A DNA stretch of 32,000 nt, from NCBI RefSeq assembly GCF_000260965.1, contig NC_017856.1, forward strand, positions 1,560,001 through 1,592,000, given 5' to 3'. The notes below the pieces were generated by a model. The model searched no databases and was not told the origin of the DNA. It saw only the letters and a program-made list of their open reading frames with translations. The stretch comes from Methylophaga frappieri. GTDB lineage: Bacteria; Pseudomonadota; Gammaproteobacteria; Nitrosococcales; Methylophagaceae. This document shows positions 8,443 to 16,942 of the stretch, piece by piece (within the stretch, counting starts at the first letter, position 1; the number at the start of each line of letters is the position of its first letter). The position numbers were made by a program, and so were the translations under genes.

Positions 8443-9222
8443 ATGGGTGTTCTAACCACCATTAAAAAGCGATTGAGCACCTTGCTAGGCGGTAAACACA
8501 CTCAAGTGGCAGCCCTGCCTGAAAAAACAGCGGCACCTGTCTCGCTGTGGCTCGATCAACGCATTGTCAATGTCGCTTACGAGACCTTTGCTTACATGCT
8601 GAAAAATTATCATACAGCGGGGGTGATCGACCATGCGGCATGGATCATAAACGACGCAGATCTCCAGAGAATGATCTCAATGCTTGAGCCTTACGTTACA
8701 ACAGCGCATCGAGGTGTCAATCTGCAGATGAGCACGGATGAACAGGACGATTTCGTCCGGCTGCTGGATTATGCCGGGTTTGCTGCGCAGACACTGGCTG
8801 ATCGAGTGCTGCTTGAGATGGTATACGAGGCCTGTAGTGACGATGGTTATGGCAAAGATCGGAACTATAACGATCAGCTCTATATTGTCCTGGAATTTAC
8901 GCCTGAAGAACTCTCAGCCCATAATCGGGTTTTTCAGAAAATGATTGATGACCCTGAGTGCATCGACAACTCAATGTACGATCTCACCGAGTGGGATAAA
9001 TTCGTAGCACTCGTTGCAAAGCTGAAACAGATTGATGAAAGCACGAAATCGCCCGTGGTTGTGCCAATGACTTTTAGTGAATGGGCGACTTACAGCTCGT
9101 ACAGCTCGCATGCATTTGATCTCGACGATGGAGAGCTGACCGAGGAGGAGGAAACTGCGATGTCAAAAGTCATGTCATTTAACTCTGTAATTTTGAGAGG
9201 GAATGCTCGAATCAAAGCGTAA
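8443..9222 (+). CDS. leaderless acidic hypothetical protein (259 aa)
   Basis: The ATG is 14 nt after the regulator stop. No leader or TM. Acidic C-terminus DLDDGELTEEEETA. No family recognised. Confidence 0.75.
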   Translation: MGVLTTIKKRLSTLLGGKHTQVAALPEKTAAPVSLWLDQRIVNVAYETFAYMLKNYHTAGVIDHAAWIINDADLQRMISMLEPYVTTAHRGVNLQMSTDEQDDFVRLLDYAGFAAQTLADRVLLEMVYEACSDDGYGKDRNYNDQLYIVLEFTPEELSAHNRVFQKMIDDPECIDNSMYDLTEWDKFVALVAKLKQIDESTKSPVVVPMTFSEWATYSSYSSHAFDLDDGELTEEEETAMSKVMSFNSVILRGNARIKA

Positions 9223-9242
9223 GTATGGAAGATAAATAGCAC

Positions 9243-10451
9243 ATGAAAGTTTACCTCGACGATGAACGCAAGACTCCAGACGGCTGGGTCAGGTGTTATT
9301 GGCCAGATGAGGTCATTGAGCTGCTTTATTCTGGCGAGGTAACGGAGATCAGCCTTGACCATGACCTCGGCGATGATGAGCGAGGCACGGGTTATGATGT
9401 GTTGCTATGGATTGAAGAAGCGGTTGGCGGGCGCGGCTGGCAACCGCCAAAAATATCGGTCCATTCGGCGAATGCATCAGCCCGGCAAAAGATGGAGGCC
9501 GCAATCCGCCAGATAGATAAACTAACCGCAGCTCAGCGTGACTATGAAAAACACTGGGAAGATGGAAAGTTTCTAATGATCTGGGATAGAAGCAAACCGG
9601 CCTGGTTTATCCCGGAAGCAGGTGAACCTGTATTGCTGGCGGGCAGCGCTGAGGTATCCAAATTATTTGATCTTGGTGACGGAACCGTTCTCGGCGTTGA
9701 TTTTGGCTGGAAGTGCTATCGCAAAGAATTTCTTGATGACGGCTGGCGGCGACCACTAACCCCTCAGCCCATGGCGATCTGGAATGCGCAAACGGGGGTG
9801 TGCACAGGCTATTTGCAGGGTCATCATCTGGGCGATGTAACAGGCGCAGAGCTGCTCGATGATAATCGCCTGATTACCTGGGGCCGCGATTATCTTGTGC
9901 GCGTCTGGAGTCGCCAGTCCGGTGAATGTACTGATATTTTGCCGCTGCCTTTGTGGCCGGAGCCATCAGATCGTCGTGCGGTCTTGTCATGCGAGCAGTT
10001 TGGCCAGATGAAGCCTTCCGAAAAACAGCGCTACATCAACACCCGCCATCTACCGTCACCAGATGTACGCATTGACTGGATCGTCAGGCCGGGTGGAAAG
10101 CAGTACAGTTTCAAGTGCGCGGCTCAATCTGAAAAGGCGCAAAAGGTGGTAAAACCCTGGCAGCCAAACACGGAACAGCACGCGAGCTACCGGATATGGG
10201 ACCTTGCTGGCGCAGAGGCGGGCTATTCAGACTGGTTTATTACGTCAGACGGGCGTCTTTGCGGCGGTGGAACCACTTATGGCGCTTCAGGGCAAATTTA
10301 CGTTTGGGACGGGTTTTACACTTTGCAGATGCTGATTGTTGGCAGGCATGACTGCAATATGCACTTAAAGGGCGAAGTGGAGCCAAACGTGATCGTTATC
10401 GAAAATACGCTGGGTATTGATGCGTTCGACAGCTACAGGTTTCAACTCTGA
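9243..10451 (+). CDS. cREC-like divergent receiver domain fused to WD40-like repeats (402 aa)
   Basis: The N-terminal roughly 95 aa, MKVYLDDERKTPDGW...EISLDHDLGDDERGTGYDVLLWIEE...ISVHSANASARQKM, match from memory the cyclic-phosphate-processing receiver (cREC) signature LDDxR..P.GW / S.DHDLG / TGYD / HS.N. The C-terminal part has WD-like units IWNAQTGVCTGYLQGHHLGDVTGAELLDDNRLITWGRDYLVRVWSRQSGEC and YRIWDL...GQIYVWDG. Confidence 0.75.
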   Translation: MKVYLDDERKTPDGWVRCYWPDEVIELLYSGEVTEISLDHDLGDDERGTGYDVLLWIEEAVGGRGWQPPKISVHSANASARQKMEAAIRQIDKLTAAQRDYEKHWEDGKFLMIWDRSKPAWFIPEAGEPVLLAGSAEVSKLFDLGDGTVLGVDFGWKCYRKEFLDDGWRRPLTPQPMAIWNAQTGVCTGYLQGHHLGDVTGAELLDDNRLITWGRDYLVRVWSRQSGECTDILPLPLWPEPSDRRAVLSCEQFGQMKPSEKQRYINTRHLPSPDVRIDWIVRPGGKQYSFKCAAQSEKAQKVVKPWQPNTEQHASYRIWDLAGAEAGYSDWFITSDGRLCGGGTTYGASGQIYVWDGFYTLQMLIVGRHDCNMHLKGEVEPNVIVIENTLGIDAFDSYRFQL

Positions 10452-10452
10452 T

Positions 10453-11229
10453 ATGGACGACAGACTCCTCATCATTGGTGATGTTCATGGCATGCTCGAT
10501 GCGCTTCGCCAGCTTGTCGATGAACTGGATATTCAGCCTTCGGACACGCTGGTTTTTGTGCGCGACCTGATCGACAAGGGGCCGGACTCTATCGGTGTTC
10601 TACGTTATGTTGAAGCACTGCGTCGCCATGCCAGCTTTGAAGTTGTTCTTGTTGAAGGGAATCACGAAGACCGGATGCGTCGTTACTTACGCAACCGTAA
10701 ACTGCGGCCGAACGTTGCCACGGAACAGGCCGTCCGCGCACCTGAACTGGCATTACTGCACAAACAGCTAGACGCGGAAAGGTTAGCATTTCTGGATGGG
10801 TCAGTGCCGTTTTTTCACTACAAGCCGCTTGATGTGCTTGTCGTTCACGGTGGTATTCCTGGCACCATGAGCACATTCCCTTCGTCAATCGACGAGGCAA
10901 GACGGCTGACTGGCCGAGCAGCAAAACGCTTTGAAAAGATTTTTCGTACGCGCTATGTCGATGCAGCTTCAGGCGAGTTTCTCGCCCTCGGCGCCCAGCG
11001 CCCAGAAGATCCATTCTGGGCAGAGACGTATGATGGCCGGTTTGGGCATGTTGTATTTGGCCATCAGTTGTTTCTCGAAAGGCCAGCAGAGTTTCCCTAC
11101 GCCACAGGTATTGATACCGGTGCGGTTCACGGTGGCGGGCTGACGGCACTCGTTTGGGCGCCTGATGCACCACGCCGATTCCTTACGGTCCAATCCGACT
11201 GTTTTATTCCGTATACCGGGATGTACTAA
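10453..11229 (+). CDS. PPP-family (ApaH/PrpE/lambda-phosphatase-like) metallophosphoesterase (258 aa)
   Basis: Trimmed to the ATG at 10453, 1 nt after the upstream TGA. Motifs: GDVHG, RDLIDKGP (variant of GDxxDRG), GNHE, VVHGG, FGH, IDTGAVHGGGLT. Confidence 0.9.
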   Translation: MDDRLLIIGDVHGMLDALRQLVDELDIQPSDTLVFVRDLIDKGPDSIGVLRYVEALRRHASFEVVLVEGNHEDRMRRYLRNRKLRPNVATEQAVRAPELALLHKQLDAERLAFLDGSVPFFHYKPLDVLVVHGGIPGTMSTFPSSIDEARRLTGRAAKRFEKIFRTRYVDAASGEFLALGAQRPEDPFWAETYDGRFGHVVFGHQLFLERPAEFPYATGIDTGAVHGGGLTALVWAPDAPRRFLTVQSDCFIPYTGMY

Positions 11230-11279
11230 CCAGATAAAAAGAGGGAATCGTCGTTCCGATAAGCAAAGGAGAATATCAG

Positions 11280-13742
11280 ATGCGCATAACAGCCGCTGAG
11301 GCCAGATTTTCATTATTTCTATGCATGTTGGCAGCCCCGCTGCAAGCGCAGTCAGAGGTCTCTGAAAAGTCGGCTCAGGCTGCTGCACAGAGAATAACAG
11401 AACACATGGTGGCCACGCTGCCGCACTGTTTGAAGCTGGGTGCCTCTGCCTGGAACAGCAAGTTGACGAACGCCGGAGCGTACCAATACGGTCTGGTTGT
11501 GAACGTGATCCAGCCATCTTGCAGTGCTGAGCAAGCCGGGTTACGCGTTGGCGATATGATCGTGCGTTTTCATGGTAAGGCATTGTCGCAAGCGGCAAGC
11601 CTGCCCCAGCTGGTGAGCACCGATCAGCAACCGGGGGTGGAGCTGCACTATATTCGTGCAGGAGAAGGGCTGCGCACGGCGCAAGTCACCTACGCCAGTA
11701 ACCGGCCTGTGCAGGACAGTAAGCAGCGACAGGCAATGCTTCTGCCCGATAAACAACTGACAGCGCAATGTGAAATCCTCTTTGGGGACTTCACGGACAG
11801 AAAAAGTCTTGACCCTTCGTCTCTGACGTCCTTCGCCGCGTGCGGCCCAGCGAAAAGCCCAGCCTACTGGTTCTATGACGCCGAGATAAAATATGAGCAG
11901 GCGAAGCAGGCCCGGACGGCCGGACAGCAGGATAAGGCCAGTGAATTGATGCAGGCGGCCTCAAAGTCCTACGGTGTGGCCGATGACTATGGCAAGTCTG
12001 GTGCACAAAAGCGCGCGGCTGATGTTCTGGCTGAAAGTGAGTCTTTTCAGCGTGTTGAAGGCCTGGAAAGTCGCAAAATTCAGGACGCCCGTCTTCTCTA
12101 TCAAGATGCCAGCGGCAAATATTACGGCGCTATCGTCACCCATCGCAATGGTTGTCCGCGGCAGGCCAATCTCTACGAACAGGAATTAAAGATCTTTGTC
12201 GAACGCATACCGGATGCAAAGGGTGTCTTCTTCAATGCAACGCTGGCTAAAGCAAAACCGCAGAAGGAGGCTCCGGCCCAGGACGGCCTGAACTATGGGG
12301 AGGATGAGATCGCCCGTATTGCAAACCATGTCCTGCCCAATGTTGATCGCATTTTTCCGGAATGGCGCGCGCATCCGATGTGGAAACACTATAAGGATCG
12401 CGTGATCGTCGAATTCTATATTCAGGATCTGCATCTGCAAACAACGCGTGATTTCGATTATTCAGGCACCGCCGAAGATGCCGTATTCTGGATGTTGCTG
12501 AAGCGACAAGGCAGTGGCGGAAAATGGCGTCCGGCCTATGAGGTGGACGGCTTGCTCGGCCACGCCGAAACCGTCGATCGCCTCACTGTTGCAAGCGTTC
12601 TGCAGCGCCGTAAACGCGTTGATGATGGCGTGAGTGATGACCGAAAAATGATCCTCGCCATGTTTGACCGCCACAAGGTAGCTGCAGCGAAAATGCAGAC
12701 TGATATACAGAACGCCTATGCCCGCAGGCTGGTCACAGACCGGCGTTCGGGGATCGTCAACAAGCCTGGTTCATATTGGAAGCAATACGCGAATTTCGAC
12801 ACACCCCGGAATGTCATCGAAGGCAACTTTCACTTCATTGAACACCCGGCCGAATTTGCTGAAGCCTACCTCACCTATGTGTATCAGTACTATGAGGTCT
12901 GCGAACCCCACTTGCCAGCAGGCCGGAAATCCTACACCGCAACCTGGTTTGAAACGCGTTATGGCGTAACCTCACAGACCAGTTCCTCTTACGTTGAAAT
13001 GGCTCCGCGGTTTGCGACAGCCTTTGAGAAAATGGGGGATATCAAGTACAAGAAGGATACTTCCGCTTTCCTGATGTCGATCGTCAACTCCATGGCTGAA
13101 GTAGAAGGTCGTAATCCCTTCTCTTTCGTTGGTGAAACTCTGACGGGGCTGGCAAAGGATCTCGTTACAGACCGGGAAACAGCCCGTTTCCTGCGCACGG
13201 AAGGCTGCACCTCTCCGATCGTTCGGCAATATGGCGAAAATCTGTGGCGCGGCGCGAATGGGCGGTCGTCTGCACAAAGAGCTGGAATCTCGTTTGTGGG
13301 GGCAGATGCAGCCAGCGCCGACTATGAGCGCGCCGATACTCGCCGCTTTATGGATGAGACCATCGCTGCGCGCGCCCGCAACCCCGGTCCCAAGGCGCAG
13401 GGATATGCCTATTATGATGAAAATCTGGTCGCCTACCGGACCGGCATGGGCATGGCCAATGATGGCCGGCGTCAGGTTCCCGCCATGCGCACGGTCGGTC
13501 TCGAACTGGAAAAACGCGGCTATCCCGTACTTTACTGCAATTACGGCCCAACCGGCTTCTATGACAATGGTGAGTACAAGACCCTGAGCTACGCATTCTG
13601 GTACGAGCAGAAGCCCGCCGAGCTGGACCGCCTGTTGGCTGCACGCAGCAAAGAGACGGATGTCTATAAGGGGATGAAATATGCTATCTCGGCCTGCCCG
13701 ACCAACAGCCTTGATGCGCTTGCGATTATCAATGGGAAGTAA
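11280..13742 (+). CDS. Sec-exported PDZ-domain protein, 2-Cys module family (member B, 820 aa)
   Basis: AAGGAG SD and leader MRITAAEARFSLFLCMLAAPLQA. PDZ: YGLVVNVIQPSCSAEQAGLRVGDMIVRFHGKAL (about 11487-11700). Mid-domain LLYQDASGKYYG, YGEDEIARIANHV, RPAYE. Module at 12771-13320 (VIEGNF, YYEVC, EGCTSPIVRQYGENLWRGANGRSSAQRAG) has Cys codons at 12900-12902 and 13206-13208. A unique tail of about 140 aa follows. Confidence 0.9.
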   Translation: MRITAAEARFSLFLCMLAAPLQAQSEVSEKSAQAAAQRITEHMVATLPHCLKLGASAWNSKLTNAGAYQYGLVVNVIQPSCSAEQAGLRVGDMIVRFHGKALSQAASLPQLVSTDQQPGVELHYIRAGEGLRTAQVTYASNRPVQDSKQRQAMLLPDKQLTAQCEILFGDFTDRKSLDPSSLTSFAACGPAKSPAYWFYDAEIKYEQAKQARTAGQQDKASELMQAASKSYGVADDYGKSGAQKRAADVLAESESFQRVEGLESRKIQDARLLYQDASGKYYGAIVTHRNGCPRQANLYEQELKIFVERIPDAKGVFFNATLAKAKPQKEAPAQDGLNYGEDEIARIANHVLPNVDRIFPEWRAHPMWKHYKDRVIVEFYIQDLHLQTTRDFDYSGTAEDAVFWMLLKRQGSGGKWRPAYEVDGLLGHAETVDRLTVASVLQRRKRVDDGVSDDRKMILAMFDRHKVAAAKMQTDIQNAYARRLVTDRRSGIVNKPGSYWKQYANFDTPRNVIEGNFHFIEHPAEFAEAYLTYVYQYYEVCEPHLPAGRKSYTATWFETRYGVTSQTSSSYVEMAPRFATAFEKMGDIKYKKDTSAFLMSIVNSMAEVEGRNPFSFVGETLTGLAKDLVTDRETARFLRTEGCTSPIVRQYGENLWRGANGRSSAQRAGISFVGADAASADYERADTRRFMDETIAARARNPGPKAQGYAYYDENLVAYRTGMGMANDGRRQVPAMRTVGLELEKRGYPVLYCNYGPTGFYDNGEYKTLSYAFWYEQKPAELDRLLAARSKETDVYKGMKYAISACPTNSLDALAIINGK

Positions 13743-13870
13743 GTCCAAGCCTTGCTTCATTTCTCGGGTCGAGGGCAGCCTGTTCGTTCAGATGCGGCTC
13801 TGCGAGATAGTTTCTTTGCGGCATCACAGCTCAACGATGAGCATGGTATTTTTCTTAGAGGTATTAAAGA

Positions 13871-14845
13871 GTGAGTTCTGGAAACTTCTTGAATAAATCA
13901 CTGATTGTAGTAGCCGCACTTGGTGCACTCGGTATAGCGTTTTCCCAAAGCAAACTTGCAGTGTTTGCAGATGACCGCACCGATACACCGGCTGCCAGCA
14001 CGGCATCACCTGCTTCTGAGAATCGCAAAAGCGGCGATGGATGGGATACCCCATACAGATCATCTGAGGCTTTTCTGGAGTTGCCTAAGGCAATCAAAAA
14101 AAATCCTGAGGCGACCGGCTCCAATCAGACCCAAGCGGAAGAAAACGTACTTGAACCGACTGATCCCGTTGGTCAATATGAGCTGGCCAAAGAATATGCG
14201 GATAAGAATAACCCCAGATATGATATGCAGCAGGCCCTTTTCTGGTTCGAAAAAGCCGGGAATAAAGGGCATATCCGCGCACAAAGAGAAGTCGGTGATA
14301 TTTATCGCTACGGTAAAGGTGTGGAAATAGACACAGACAGAGCGCTCTGGTGGTATCAAGCGTTTTATATGAACGACTTGAAGCTGATTGGCGGTACCAA
14401 CGAAGACATGGATGCCATGCACAAAGCTGCGATCGAGTTGATGGTCGCCAAGAAAAAAGCCCGCGACGTACAGCCTAAAAAAGAAATGACGGCCTACGAG
14501 CTGGGGGAAGCTATCGGTACGATGCTGAAGTATGGCAGTGAGAATAACAGCCGTGACAACACCGCAAGCGCTCCCGCGGGTACTGTTAAGTATAGCCAAC
14601 AAGTGAAAGCGTGCCGCGATGAAGCAATGAAGCACATCATTACGTGTGCCAAGGTTACGGATTATCAAAATTGTGAAACATGGGGCTGCCCGGAGATCAT
14701 CCAGTGCGACAAGAGGCTCACCTCATGTGATGATCACGGCGCGCCCTATGATCGCTCCGGTAATTTTTATTGCGATATGCGCGATTGGCGAACGCGTGAT
14801 TTTGATCTTGAAGCTGTCTTAAAACGTGCGTGTCCTGCACAATGA
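13871..14845 (+). CDS. Sec-exported Sel1-repeat protein with Cys-rich C-terminus (324 aa)
   Basis: GTG start and leader SSGNFLNKSLIVVAALGALGIAFSQSKLAVFA. Sel1-like repeats: YELAKEYADKNNPRYDMQQALFWFEKAGNKGHIRAQREVGDIYRYGKGVEIDTDRALWWYQ. The last 90 aa contain 9 Cys. Confidence 0.8.
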   Translation: MSSGNFLNKSLIVVAALGALGIAFSQSKLAVFADDRTDTPAASTASPASENRKSGDGWDTPYRSSEAFLELPKAIKKNPEATGSNQTQAEENVLEPTDPVGQYELAKEYADKNNPRYDMQQALFWFEKAGNKGHIRAQREVGDIYRYGKGVEIDTDRALWWYQAFYMNDLKLIGGTNEDMDAMHKAAIELMVAKKKARDVQPKKEMTAYELGEAIGTMLKYGSENNSRDNTASAPAGTVKYSQQVKACRDEAMKHIITCAKVTDYQNCETWGCPEIIQCDKRLTSCDDHGAPYDRSGNFYCDMRDWRTRDFDLEAVLKRACPAQ

Positions 14846-14851
14846 AATTTA

Positions 14852-15712
14852 TTACTTTTTGATCTCCGCTAAATCTTTGATTGCGTTACGATGCTGGAAT
14901 GTCTTTCCTGCTTCATAGCTCATGGTATAAATAACGCGGTTACGAGGTGCAATAACACGGACCTCTAACCGTGGACTCATTTCACTGATCATTGCCCGGC
15001 GTAATGCCTGCACACTATTCGGACACATTTTCATAGCTTCAGCTAACGGCTCCGCTTTTATGTGTGCCACTTTTCGTCCGAACTCCGCACCATATCCATA
15101 CGCTTTGTCCCCACGCTTCTCAATCACTTCAGCAATGCATTGGCGCCGGGCAACTTCATATATCGCATCATCCATTTTATATTCTAATGCATGAAATTTA
15201 TCGCTCTGCGTCTCCGCGATTGGCGTACCAAATTTTTTACGGGCACGTTTTAAAACTTTCTCACTATTGAGTTTGCCATCTTCATATAATTCTTCAATCT
15301 GGATCCAAGTAGCAAAAGTAACGGAGTCATCTTCTTTTTTCCCACGATGTCGCAAGATTTTTTTATGAGCAGCAGAGGTCGAAAATTTCGTTTTAATCTG
15401 CATGCGACCTTTCTCGGTATAAAATTCGAGTGGGGCATCGCTTTGAGGGCGAATATATTTAATCTCCTTATCGGCTATATCCTGCGCCTGATCAATCACT
15501 TCCTGACGCGATATGCCGGGGTAAAATCCATAAATTTCGTAATCTTTACGCTTTGCATGCACGTCCTTATAGACGTCTTCAAGGATCGGTAAATCGGCAC
15601 GAATGACAGGATCGTTGGAAGAAAAAACAATTTTCGGAAGGATAATAAGAACTAAAAAGCCGAAGACGCCATAGATAATTTTTTTGTTTGAAAGCATGAA
15701 TGGTAACTGCAT
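14852..15712 (-). CDS. exported or membrane-anchored hypothetical protein (286 aa)
   Basis: ATG with AAGGA SD. N-terminal hydrophobic segment IIYGVFGFLVLIILPKIVFS. AT-rich and lysine-rich. Convergent with the Sel1 gene, 6 nt apart. Confidence 0.75.
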   Translation of the reverse strand: MQLPFMLSNKKIIYGVFGFLVLIILPKIVFSSNDPVIRADLPILEDVYKDVHAKRKDYEIYGFYPGISRQEVIDQAQDIADKEIKYIRPQSDAPLEFYTEKGRMQIKTKFSTSAAHKKILRHRGKKEDDSVTFATWIQIEELYEDGKLNSEKVLKRARKKFGTPIAETQSDKFHALEYKMDDAIYEVARRQCIAEVIEKRGDKAYGYGAEFGRKVAHIKAEPLAEAMKMCPNSVQALRRAMISEMSPRLEVRVIAPRNRVIYTMSYEAGKTFQHRNAIKDLAEIKK

Positions 15713-16015
15713 AAACCTATCCTTGATGCTGGTATTTTTACCTGGACAAAAACAACTTTAAAAATGTAACCAGACTATCAATTCATTCGCTGATAATCTA
15801 TCATCAGACCAACAATAAGCAGGATTATACCTGTATTCAAAATAAAAATTCTGATGAAACCGCATTGGACTTGACCGACGGGCTGACACTGATTGATACC
15901 GATGATGCACATAACAACTATGGTTCAGCAAATCCAGACCTAATGGATGGGCGTGGCGGAAACGATAAACTGTCACGCTCGCCCCCGCCACAAGAGTAGC
16001 TGGTTCTACGGGCCG

Positions 16016-16597
16016 TCACCGACGGCACTTTTTCTGAGCGCTCTTGCTCAGAGGGCTGTTCCTCATGAACCTGTTGTCTTGGTGGTAGCCGGGCTCAAGG
16101 GTAATGAGCTTCGACGTTATCTCTTCCGCGTAACAGGCGCAATACGCATCGCCTTCTTCCTTGGAGGCCGCCCGTTTGTAGAGCATGGAATTCGTACATT
16201 CGAAGACGTATCTCGCCTGAAGCTTTTCGGGGACGTAGCAGTGCATCTTCTTTCCCGCTTCCTTCCTCACATTCCGTACGTTTGCTTCGGGCATCTCCAG
16301 GCGGGTTTTCAGGATGATCATTGCGCGGCAACCGCAATAGGTCGGGCCGTAGTCAAGATCATTCAGTTTACATTCCGCATAGGCGTACTGCATCTCGCCC
16401 ATAAATTCGGGACTTATGCTTGAGGATGCCGGAAGTTAGATCACGCGGCCATCGAAGATCTGGTATGTCTCGATATCAAGCGGAGGAACGCCGTATTTAT
16501 AACTCTCATCAGGCTCTTGCGCAGAAACAGAAAACGGAACTGCAAATAAAACAAGAGTAAAAACGGATAGTAAGACAGGTTTTAGAGTATCCTTCAC
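16016..16597 (-). pseudogene. secreted Cys-rich protein gene split by an in-frame TAA
   Basis: A GTG at 16597 opens MKDTLKPVLLSVFTLVLFAVPFSVSAQEPDESYKYGVPPLDIETYQIFDGRVI (Sec leader). A TAA at 16436-16438 follows. The same frame then continues LPASSSISPEF-MGEMQYAYAECK... to 16016, which is the track ORF 16016..16402. The downstream part has two C-x(10-17)-YCxC units. Confidence 0.55.
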
Positions 16598-16942
16598 GGT
16601 GATATTTTCCCTGATCGGGTGGTGCGCAAGACTTCAAAATTTTATAATTTTCTGTGATCTGTGACAAGTTTAGTCTTCGCTTCCCTTCGTTTCCTGCTTG
16701 TATGCCACTAAGAAGCGCAAACCTACTGCTGAATTTTTCTCGGAAAAATGGAAGATGTTAGCGATCTCGGAGCGGAGCAATCGATGTCAGTCAGTGTGTA
16801 AAGCTGGTGACCGACAGAGAGCGAATAATAACCGAAAAGGTTATTTGTCGCATTCAGCGAAATGCTTGATACTGTTCGAGAGCATAGGTTCTGTACGAAT
16901 CTAAAAGATGTTACCGCCAAACTGAAAAGAGAAGATGTGACC

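Noticed and set aside
10589-11598. Long antisense ORFs inside GC-richer genes (10589..11173, 10969..11598, 12972..13760, 14060..14668, 15947..16423, 23894..24421, 24740..25273, 27355..27756, 27854..28294, 30538..31032, 31440..31859)
   Set aside because: Their translations are Arg/Ser/Pro/Cys-rich with no motifs or leaders, and they lie fully opposite ORFs with clear domain signatures. They are typical shadow ORFs.
15819-15998. Plus-strand frame encoding ...LIDTDDAHNNYGSANPDLMDGRGGNDKLSRS, resembling one RTX GGxGxDxL calcium-binding nonapeptide
   Set aside because: It is a single repeat unit with no start codon, in a roughly 59-codon open stretch between stops. That is too little to call an RTX gene or pseudogene.
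16827-16845. AT-rich hairpin AATAACC-GAAAA-GGTTATT upstream of the lipoprotein gene at 16943
   Set aside because: It is a 7-bp A/T-rich stem without a following T-run and without a second copy, so it is indistinguishable from chance.
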